Source: an uncultured Nitrososphaerota archaeon
GTDB lineage: Archaea > Thermoproteota > EX4484-205 > JAAOZP01
DNA: 10,581 nucleotides
NCBI GenBank assembly: GCA_964416155.1
Contig: CAYQCW010000021.1
Coordinates: forward strand, 1-10,581
Direction: 5' to 3'
Positions 1-7,275 of the stretch are shown here, piece after piece. Made by a program: the position numbers and the translations under genes. A model generated the notes under the pieces. It had not been told where the DNA came from, ran no database searches, and was given only the letters and a program-made list of their open reading frames with translations. Within the stretch, counting starts at the first letter, position 1, and each line of letters begins with the position of its first letter.

Positions 1-14
1 GGCACCGTCGAGGC

Positions 15-840
15 GTTTCAAGCCCTTATAGGTATTCTTGCAACTGGCGAAAATGAAACCAGGCGAATGCAGATGCACCCGGTTTCAAGCCCTTATAGGT
101 ATTCTTGCAACGAACTTCACCGCTGTACAGCGGCAGCGCAGCCACCCGTTTCAAGCCCTTATAGGTATTCTTGCAACTCTCTTCCCTCAGCATGTCCTCC
201 TCTTCTCTGCCGAGTTTCAAGCCCTTATAGGTATTCTTGCAACTAATGCTTTGCTGGATGAAGTGGTAGTATTGTGGTAGGTTTCAAGCCCTTATAGGTA
301 TTCTTGCAACAAAAAAGCAATAGAGAAACCAGTGACGCTATCCCAGAGTTTCAAGCCCTTATAGGTATTCTTGCAACCCCTGACCCAGCTGCCCTTTACA
401 GAATTGTCATTGGGTTTCAAGCCCTTATAGGTATTCTTGCAACCGACGACTGCGACGGGCATTATATCGAGGTGCCAGAGTTTCAAGCCCTTATAGGTAT
501 TCTTGCAACTCGGAGTGTCCATTCGCACCGTAGTGCGAAAAGTATGTTTCAAGCCCTTATAGGTATTCTTGCAACACTGGAATCCACCTTCAGCCTCAAA
601 CAGTCTGACTTGTTTCAAGCCCTTATAGGTATTCTTGCAACTAGAGCTATTTTTTACTTGCTGTGTATTGTTTTGCAGGTTTCAAGCCCTTATAGGTATT
701 CTTGCAACCGTTTCCAAAATTTCCATTTTAAGCTGATTTTCGGTGTTTCAAGCCCTTATAGGTATTCTTGCAACTTAATGCGATTTCAGGTCTAATTCAC
801 CTTTTATTGAGTTTCAAGCCCTTATAGGTATTCTTGCAAC
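15..840 (-). CRISPR. CRISPR array: 13 identical 30-bp repeats (GTTGCAAGAATACCTATAAGGGCTTGAAAC, minus strand) and 12 complete spacers of 36-37 bp; probably truncated by the window edge
   Basis: Plus-strand GTTTCAAGCCCTTATAGGTATTCTTGCAAC starts at 15, 82, 148, 214, 281, 348, 414, 480, 546, 612, 679, 745 and 811. Orientation comes from the TTGAAAC 3' end and the AT-rich leader at 841-953. No degenerate terminal repeat is seen, so 1-14 is likely a partial spacer. Confidence 0.99.
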
Positions 841-953
841 CCATCAGTAAATTGGTTTTTTTTGTTTTAAAACCTTTTTTATGTTTTTTTCCAATGATTA
901 TTCTTGTCGATTTATGATGAAGACTTGGTTATGTTTGATCGACGGTTGTGGTT
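841..953 (-). promoter_or_regulatory. CRISPR leader with a putative archaeal BRE/TATA promoter
   Basis: AT-rich non-coding stretch between the cas2 stop and the first repeat. The minus strand reads AAAAAAGG-TTTTAAAA, with the TATA-like box at 872-865, about 25 bp before the first repeat. A GTCGAT-N26-ATCGAC inverted motif lies at 906-943. Confidence 0.85.
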
Positions 954-1217
954 CTATATTATTGTTGCGCTTTCGCCTTTCACCACTCCAAGGTTTTCCT
1001 TTTTAAGGTATGCCGTTGTTCGAAGCACATAGAAAGTTATGGCATCGTAGTTCTTATCTATTACCTTTGATAGGGTGCTTTTTAGTCGCATGAAATTAGC
1101 ATCGCTTATTTCGCCCTCGAAAACCGAATTTTGGATCCATGTAAGATATCTCCTTCCTATGCTTAAGACTTTGGGCAATCGTTCCTCACCAACATCATAT
1201 ACCATTATCACGAACAT
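954..1217 (-). CDS. cas2: CRISPR-associated endonuclease Cas2
   Basis: 87 aa with N-terminal VIMVYDV and WIQNSVFEG motifs; lies directly downstream of cas1. Confidence 0.97.
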   Translation of the reverse strand: MFVIMVYDVGEERLPKVLSIGRRYLTWIQNSVFEGEISDANFMRLKSTLSKVIDKNYDAITFYVLRTTAYLKKENLGVVKGESATII

Positions 1218-1223
1218 GTGTGC

Positions 1224-2216
1224 CTACCATTGTGCGACAAATGGCTCGTATTCTTTTTCTCCGATAAGGTGCTTTTCAAGTTTGTATAGCTCAAGCCTTA
1301 TTATCCTCTGATAAGAGGCCCTCATTCTTTTTCCATAACTTATGGTTTGCTTGAGCTTGTTTTCATATTGCTCTACAAAGATCTTTCTTCCGTTTTCGTT
1401 AAGGTATACACCGCCTAACTCCTCCATGTAACATGATGGGCTAAGCATTCTTTTATTTGCCAATGTAAATATGATCCTGTCAACTATTATCGGCTTGAAG
1501 ACTTCTGCAATATCCAAGTTTAATGAAAATTTTCTGTAATTAGTAGTGTGGAGGAAGCCTATTCTTGGATCTAGATGTGTTTTATAAATTTCGCCGAGCA
1601 CTGTAACGTAAAGAAGACCGTTGCCGAAACTTAGCAAAGCGTCTAACCGGCTTTTAGGTGGCCTTCGCACCCTTTTTTCATAATAGTATTCTTCATAGTC
1701 GATGATTCTATTGAAGGAAATATAATATTGCTCTTTAGCCTGGCCTTCGATGGCCATTAACTCCTCCACAGAGTCAGCCTCACCCAGTTTATGCAAGCCA
1801 TCTTCGAGAAATTTTATCGTTGAGTTAAGCCCCCCTTTCCTATTATGGTAGTAGCTCACGTTTTTCAGCATATTTTTTAAGCTACCCTCGACGAACTTGC
1901 GAGCCAAGGTGAGCCTTTTTGCATAGTCTAAATAATGTTCACACTGCTTCAGTGTCATAAAACCTGAGTTGTAATGTGTTCTGGGGTAAAAGCTTCCAAT
2001 ATAATAACCATAATAATTGAAAATGTGGAGAGTTATCTCATTTGTTGATAAGAACTCCAAGAGCTTCTTATTAAATGTCGTCTCGCCAAAAATCATCAAC
2101 GAATAAACTTCTGACACGGGTACATATTTCTTCTCACCGTTCGCCTTGATAAGACATAATGTGTTCGCTTTTCGTTTTATCTGGCTTGGGCTAAAAATGT
2201 AAATTGTTTTCTTCAT
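1224..2216 (-). CDS. cas1: CRISPR-associated endonuclease Cas1, type I-B
   Basis: 330 aa from ATG 2216 (MKKTIY), 1 nt after the cas4 stop. Motifs HIFNYYGYYIGSFYPR, AIEG, RRPP..ALLSFGN, GFLH and LDIAEVFKP include the catalytic E/H/D-E residues. Confidence 0.97.
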   Translation of the reverse strand: MKKTIYIFSPSQIKRKANTLCLIKANGEKKYVPVSEVYSLMIFGETTFNKKLLEFLSTNEITLHIFNYYGYYIGSFYPRTHYNSGFMTLKQCEHYLDYAKRLTLARKFVEGSLKNMLKNVSYYHNRKGGLNSTIKFLEDGLHKLGEADSVEELMAIEGQAKEQYYISFNRIIDYEEYYYEKRVRRPPKSRLDALLSFGNGLLYVTVLGEIYKTHLDPRIGFLHTTNYRKFSLNLDIAEVFKPIIVDRIIFTLANKRMLSPSCYMEELGGVYLNENGRKIFVEQYENKLKQTISYGKRMRASYQRIIRLELYKLEKHLIGEKEYEPFVAQW

Positions 2217-2217
2217 C

Positions 2218-2739
2218 TTACGCCCAGCAAAATTCCTTATATGCACATTTTCTGCAATATGGGACCCTCATCGGTGGAGGAGGATTTTCCAGCTCAACTA
2301 TCTCTCTAATTTCTTTAAGGACCTTTAAAAGCACCTGTTCAGTTTCCGCATCCAGCTTTACCTTTATCTTCCTCTTTTCAGCTGGAATGAGGATCCAACC
2401 AGCAGCATCGACGCCATACTCCTTCAGCCTGAAAAGGTAGTAGAGGAGCTGAAAACGTGTAGCTTCAACAAATTTTGAGGATGCTTTTATCTCACACACT
2501 GCTCTTTCGGCTCTCTTGAATAAGTCGATCTTTATGCCCTCCAAGGATACTTCCTTTAGCATTCTACGGTAGAAAATCTCATGAATTGCCCTCCCAACAT
2601 CTAAGGTTGATGCGTCTTCGTCGGGGGTTATTTCGCGACTCATTAGCCAAACCTCGCGCTTACAGATGAAATAATACCAAACAAGCGTGCCCGTAATCGG
2701 TTTGCCAGAGCAAAGGATGTATGGAGGATCGGATCGCAA
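2218..2739 (-). CDS. cas4: CRISPR-associated protein Cas4 (RecB-like nuclease with Fe-S cysteines)
   Basis: YYFICKREVW, GRAIHE, KIDL, EIK, QLLYYL and C-terminal CRKCAYKEFC. TTG start preceded by GAGGT. Confidence 0.96.
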   Translation of the reverse strand: MRSDPPYILCSGKPITGTLVWYYFICKREVWLMSREITPDEDASTLDVGRAIHEIFYRRMLKEVSLEGIKIDLFKRAERAVCEIKASSKFVEATRFQLLYYLFRLKEYGVDAAGWILIPAEKRKIKVKLDAETEQVLLKVLKEIREIVELENPPPPMRVPYCRKCAYKEFCWA

Positions 2740-2751
2740 TGCTACCTCACG

Positions 2752-5163
2752 TTAGAACATCAAAAATTTTGATTCCATTGTGGTTTTAAATCCCGTCTCT
2801 GGGTCATAGTATGCCGCGTTCTCCTCACGAGGCACAAGCAATACGTTAGCTTGAACCGTTATAGGTTTAAGGCTCTTCAAGCATGGCTCATTCTCGTAAA
2901 CCTCGACAATGTAATTCTCCATTTCAGCCCTTATCCTTCTAAGCGCTGCCTTAAGCTCGAATACTTTCTCTAAAACTTCTTCCCTTTCCAAGGCGTTTAG
3001 GGCTTCCCGAAACTCTTTCAGCAGCCGCTCAGCCTCACCATCATATTCCACGTACACGGGCACCTTGGGCTCCTCCTCAATGAGCGAGAAATGAGCCAAT
3101 TCTCGGAAATCCAGCGCCTTTATCCTCTCTAGCAGTTTCATACATTCAGGATGCTTCTCAACATTCATTCTATAAGAGACATCTTCGTAATACGGCTTCA
3201 TCAATTCTGCGAGCTCGTGCTCTTTTATGCTCTCCTTGCTAGCTATAAGTTCCATAGTTCTTTCCGGAAGTATGCCGCCATATATTTTCCTGGAATCCTC
3301 TCGTCCGTTTTCATCCACGATTCTAAGGACGTATATCCGGCCAGTTGGAAGCCTCCAGTTCCTGTTGCATCTCCCGGCAACCTGAACTATTGAGTCGAAG
3401 GGACCGAGATCCCTAAAAGCCACGTCGAAATCCAGGTCTACGCCAGCCTCAACAACCTGTGTGGAAACCAGAATCACACTGCGCCGCTCTTTCAACAGCT
3501 CATTCAGCAGTTTTATCCTCCTCTTTCTCTCCACGGGAATTATGCTCGTCGACAGATATGCCAACACAGTTTTTGCGTGATCTGCTGACTCATCATTTAA
3601 TCCAACCCTGATGGCTTCATCTCCAAGTCTTTCAACCAATCTCTCATAGACCTTTTTCGAAGCCCTTACGGTATTTACAACTAGAAGCGCAGATGCGCCC
3701 TTCGTCCACTTCGCTAGGAAGAAATCTGCAAATTCCTCAGCCGTTACGGCCTTTTCAAGACGTGGTATCAGCTCCGTTCTGTCCATATGTTTGAAGTATT
3801 TTTCCGGCTCAGGCACCAATTTGACGCTTTCCCCCCTAAAGATTGCTGGCATGGTGGCTGTCATCATTATGATCTTCATATCGAAGTTCTCCGCCATGTG
3901 TAGCAAGGCATCGCGCACAAGCCTCCAATACTCAAGCGGGATCGCCTGAACCTCATCCAAGATGAGGATGGAACCCGCCAAGTTGTGAAACTTTTTAAGC
4001 ATAGAATTTCTGCACCCAATTATGGATCGCAGAAGTTGCTCAAAGGTTGTGATGATGAAGCTTGATTCCCACGAGTCCGTCAAAAGCAGGAGCTTATCGA
4101 GTGGAACATCCTTTGATTCTTGTGATGGGAAAAACAAGTGATGATGTTTCAGAAGCATGGAGATGTCGGGCTTCCTCCCGCAATAGGTCGACAGCACATC
4201 CTCCATGACGGCGTGAGTCTGCTCTATTATGTTAATGTATGGCAGGCAGTAGACTACTCTCGTATACCCGAGGGTCTCGCTGATTTTGAGCGCAGTGTGT
4301 ATTCCCAGCAGGGTTTTTCCCGTCCCTGTGGGCAAAGTGATCGTGACGATCCTCGGTTCGCTTCCACCATTTAAGGCCAAAGTGAGCTGTTCGTTCACCT
4401 CCGAGAAAACGGACTTTCTGAGCGCGTTCATTCTGGATGGATCCGCTGAGGCAAACTTTCTTTCGATGTATTTTGAAACGAGATCCGAGGGAAGAGTTTT
4501 TTGACCAATCGCTTCAACTCTTCCAGCATCCTTTTTGTCCGCATCGACAAGCGCTGAAAACATTAGAAGCGTGTTATAGTAGCTACGCCACCTTTCGCTC
4601 TCGCTCATTCTAAACCGTAAAATGGCAGCAGCTGACTTCAGCTTCCGGCTTATTTCATGGGTTAAAGCATCAAAATTGCCTATAAAGTCGGCGAATTCCT
4701 GCAGGCCGATCTCGCCCAGCTCGCCAGATACCTTGTCGATGCTGTTTTTAATGGACTTCACCTGCTCCATAATGACGGGTTCACCCAGCCTTGCTGGGTC
4801 GGCGCGTTCTAAGAGGCTGAAGCTCTTGAGATTACCGTGGTGAGAGCCCACGCAGATGAATCCCGCGGCGGTTAGGAAAGGATCGCCTAATCTCTCGCTT
4901 AACAGCCAAGACGTGAAAATTGCTGAAAGTTTGGAGTGAGTCGAAAGGTCGCCGTGCACCCTTTCGCCTGAAAGGTGTTTTTGAAAAAAAGGCGTGTATT
5001 TGGCTACATCGTGGCATTTGCCGATGATCTCGGCGGCTTCGCTGAGCTTTGAATTGGCAACTGAGGCAACGTATTCCCTGCACAACTTTCCAACTTCGCT
5101 GAGGTGTCTCCTCAGCTCGATGTTTGGATGCGAATAAAAACGTTCACATGAAAACGCCGACAA
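2752..5163 (-). CDS. cas3: Cas3 helicase/nuclease (HD domain fused to SF2 helicase)
   Basis: HD motifs YSHP..HL, HDVAK, HHG and DAD; helicase motifs LPTGTGKT, DEVQ, TATMP, STQVVEAGVDLD and QVAGRCNR. Start is most likely TTG 5163 (GGTGA 5 nt upstream); GTG 5172 is the alternative. Overlaps the cas5 3' end. Confidence 0.97.
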   Translation of the reverse strand: MSAFSCERFYSHPNIELRRHLSEVGKLCREYVASVANSKLSEAAEIIGKCHDVAKYTPFFQKHLSGERVHGDLSTHSKLSAIFTSWLLSERLGDPFLTAAGFICVGSHHGNLKSFSLLERADPARLGEPVIMEQVKSIKNSIDKVSGELGEIGLQEFADFIGNFDALTHEISRKLKSAAAILRFRMSESERWRSYYNTLLMFSALVDADKKDAGRVEAIGQKTLPSDLVSKYIERKFASADPSRMNALRKSVFSEVNEQLTLALNGGSEPRIVTITLPTGTGKTLLGIHTALKISETLGYTRVVYCLPYINIIEQTHAVMEDVLSTYCGRKPDISMLLKHHHLFFPSQESKDVPLDKLLLLTDSWESSFIITTFEQLLRSIIGCRNSMLKKFHNLAGSILILDEVQAIPLEYWRLVRDALLHMAENFDMKIIMMTATMPAIFRGESVKLVPEPEKYFKHMDRTELIPRLEKAVTAEEFADFFLAKWTKGASALLVVNTVRASKKVYERLVERLGDEAIRVGLNDESADHAKTVLAYLSTSIIPVERKRRIKLLNELLKERRSVILVSTQVVEAGVDLDFDVAFRDLGPFDSIVQVAGRCNRNWRLPTGRIYVLRIVDENGREDSRKIYGGILPERTMELIASKESIKEHELAELMKPYYEDVSYRMNVEKHPECMKLLERIKALDFRELAHFSLIEEEPKVPVYVEYDGEAERLLKEFREALNALEREEVLEKVFELKAALRRIRAEMENYIVEVYENEPCLKSLKPITVQANVLLVPREENAAYYDPETGFKTTMESKFLMF

Positions 5164-5890
5164 CCTTTTCACCGTTCAACGTGCAGTTGAAGACCTCACG
5201 ATCAACCATGACCTTTAACGGCTTGCCGCCTCCCTCGTAGACGTAGTTTTCCATTCTCTTCAATTTCCTGTCCCCAGCGAAATCCGCTGGCACGAGTTCT
5301 TCTATGTATATTCTTCGTTCAGGCTGTGGGTAAATTCTCCTGATGGCGGAGACAGGCACTAAAGTGTGAGCCTCAATTTCGCCGCTTGGTCTATAAACTT
5401 CAGCATCCACGAGATCGACGTACTCCACTTCGGCTATGCTGTTGGCAGTGCCCAGGAACGGAGGATAAGCGAATCTGCGGCTCCTCACTCGTCCTGCAAA
5501 CTCATTTAACAGCTTTCCGTCTTCATGGTTAAAGAACACCTTGAAGGACAGCATTGTTGGCTTTTGTTCGCCCGAGACGAGCATATCCACGTGCACCTGC
5601 ATCGACCCCCCAACCCCCCTCAGCTTCTTTAAAGTAAGAGGTTTGTCGGTCATCAAGTAGTTCAAGGTGTTCGTAATATGCCTCACAGGCGATTTTACCT
5701 GCAGCGCTATCCTGCATTTTTCCGAGGAGAAAACTTCGTAATAAGAATCCCTATCGTAGCCCATTATCGCTGCAACCAGCCCGACAACTGCGGTTCTAGG
5801 GGGGAAGGAATAGCTGAGGGAGCTTGTAGTTGAAAAGTGTTTTCTGAACTGCGCGAAGAAACCCTTTATATCGAAAACAAGTAGCTTCAA
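5144..5890 (-). CDS. cas5: Type I-B Cas5 (Cas5h/Cas5b)
   Basis: N-terminal FDIKGFFAQFRK..S.SYSFPPRTAVVGLVAAIMG and YPPFLG motif; between cas7 and cas3; TTG start. Confidence 0.95.
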   Translation of the reverse strand: MKLLVFDIKGFFAQFRKHFSTTSSLSYSFPPRTAVVGLVAAIMGYDRDSYYEVFSSEKCRIALQVKSPVRHITNTLNYLMTDKPLTLKKLRGVGGSMQVHVDMLVSGEQKPTMLSFKVFFNHEDGKLLNEFAGRVRSRRFAYPPFLGTANSIAEVEYVDLVDAEVYRPSGEIEAHTLVPVSAIRRIYPQPERRIYIEELVPADFAGDRKLKRMENYVYEGGGKPLKVMVDREVFNCTLNGEKVVGVFM

Positions 5891-5896
5891 GTCCGC

Positions 5897-6859
5897 TCAC
5901 GTTCTCTTTATAGCTGCCTCAACCTCTGCCGCCGTCATTTTATGCGGAAGATCCGAGAGCCGCTCAGGACAGCAACTCCTGACAAGATCTCTAACGTAGC
6001 CTAATTCCTCGCTTGTCCTCAGGTAAACCTGGGATATGACATTCATGTTTCGCCTAATATGGTCAATCAGCTTATCAAAGTTTATTTCTAGATCTGCAAA
6101 GTCCCTTATTGCTTCCCTGTGCGGCTTAACGGCGACGAACTTACGCAGGTCTCCGAGGACGGTTTCAGCATCTTTGTATTCTATGCGCAGGTAAAGGTGG
6201 GGTATCTCGCCTATCTTGCTCCTCGTTGTCGGCTGAACTTGGAGGGCCTTCCATATGAAGTTGTCGAAGACTTTCAAGTCGGCCAGAGTCATCTCTGTCC
6301 ACTTAGCCCTTCTGCCGCTTATGACGCCATAAAAGCCGATTAGGGAATAGTAGACGCGCCAATCACTGCCAATTGTGCCGTACCTTTCAGCTGCCTCTCT
6401 GCCGGAGAAAACCGATGTTATCTTAGAGGAGTCCACCAGTTCAACTGGGTGAAGCGAGAACCCCCATGTAAACTGAACTGGGCCTATGAACGATTTTGAG
6501 GCACCTTTTTCTCCCTCGCCCTTGCCGATGGGTATGGTCGCTCCGAAAAGCCGCGCATCTATGCACTTACTGAGCACTTCGTGAACCCTCTTCTCGTCGA
6601 GAGTCCCGAGCAGCTTTTCAACCCTCGTGTCGGCCCTAACGCTTTCGCCTGAGATCTTAGTCACATAAACCCAGTCTTCGCCAAATTTATCGACGATGTA
6701 GTCCCGGAAAAACCTTTTGAGCCTGACATCCGAGACTAGGTTTATGTTTGTTTTCGGGTCGATCCTCGGCCTGTTCTCCGCATCTGGGTCGCCGTTCGGG
6801 TTGCAGTTTTTTGCCTCGTATATGAGCAGGATCTCGCTGTTCGGAATTTTCTCTTCCAT
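5897..6859 (-). CDS. cas7: Type I-B Cas7 (Csh2/Cas7b) backbone subunit
   Basis: NPNGDPDAENRPRID, VSDVRLKRFFRDY, IDARLFGAT, GPVQF and TRSKIG are Csh2-family motifs. ATG 6859 is preceded by GGAGGTGA (6875-6868) at 8 nt spacing; 320 aa. Confidence 0.96.
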   Translation of the reverse strand: MEEKIPNSEILLIYEAKNCNPNGDPDAENRPRIDPKTNINLVSDVRLKRFFRDYIVDKFGEDWVYVTKISGESVRADTRVEKLLGTLDEKRVHEVLSKCIDARLFGATIPIGKGEGEKGASKSFIGPVQFTWGFSLHPVELVDSSKITSVFSGREAAERYGTIGSDWRVYYSLIGFYGVISGRRAKWTEMTLADLKVFDNFIWKALQVQPTTRSKIGEIPHLYLRIEYKDAETVLGDLRKFVAVKPHREAIRDFADLEINFDKLIDHIRRNMNVISQVYLRTSEELGYVRDLVRSCCPERLSDLPHKMTAAEVEAAIKRT

Positions 6860-6867
6860 TTCGCTTA

Positions 6868-7275
6868 TCACCTCCAGCTCGTTATAGTTTGAAGAGTCGC
6901 ATATGCGTACCCGGAAAGTATGTAAAACACGTTATCTATTGGATTCCGAAGCGCTTCTAAGTTTCTATCCAACATCATTTTCATACACGCGTAGATTGCC
7001 TCATTACGGTCATCCAGCACCCTATAGTTCCTCAGCCCACCAAGCACATGATTAGCCAGAAGTTTCACCCTCTCAGCAGACATTCCCTCAAAATTTATTT
7101 TATTAAGCACAGCTTTTTTCTCATCGCCCTTATTGTACTGCTCCGCCCCTATCTTTCCTACAAGGACTCCGAGCAGGAAAAGCGCCTTCTGCCACTCCGT
7201 ATAGCCAATCGCTGAGAAGAAAGCTTCAACACTTTCATCAGGGATTTTTACGGAATCTGTCTTGCTCTCCAACAT
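6868..7275 (-). CDS. cas11: Putative Cas11b small subunit, translated in frame from an internal start in cas8b (135 aa)
   Basis: Minus strand GAGGAGTTTGAGGTTATCAAA-ATG: GAGGT (7287-7283) lies 7 nt before an in-frame ATG (7275) at the start of the C-terminal domain. Internal Cas11 translation is established for I-B, I-C and I-D systems. Confidence 0.75.
   Translation of the reverse strand: MLESKTDSVKIPDESVEAFFSAIGYTEWQKALFLLGVLVGKIGAEQYNKGDEKKAVLNKINFEGMSAERVKLLANHVLGGLRNYRVLDDRNEAIYACMKMMLDRNLEALRNPIDNVFYILSGYAYATLQTITSWR

Noticed and set aside
26-795. ORFs across the array (26..220, 38..280, 292..618, 304..795) with repeating FQALIGILAT / CKNTYKGLK peptides
   Set aside because: Artefacts: the repeat is stop-free in these frames and the common 66-bp unit is a multiple of 3. 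No RBS, and 37-bp spacers shift the frame.
45-810. Self-targeting or duplicated spacers
   Set aside because: By eye all spacers are unique, and only short chance matches to the window were seen (e.g. CCTTCAGCCT in cas4). The rest of the genome cannot be checked.
2217-2246. N-terminal extension of Cas1 (MHIRNFAGRK) or a Cas4-Cas1 fusion
   Set aside because: The extension overlaps the cas4 Cys cluster in another frame. cas4 has its own TAA and cas1 a family-typical start at 2216.
4995-5020. Cas3 HD motif reads HDVAK rather than HDxGK; possible inactive nuclease
   Set aside because: The metal-binding H/D residues and the HH and DAD motifs are intact, so a G-to-A change is not evidence of inactivation.
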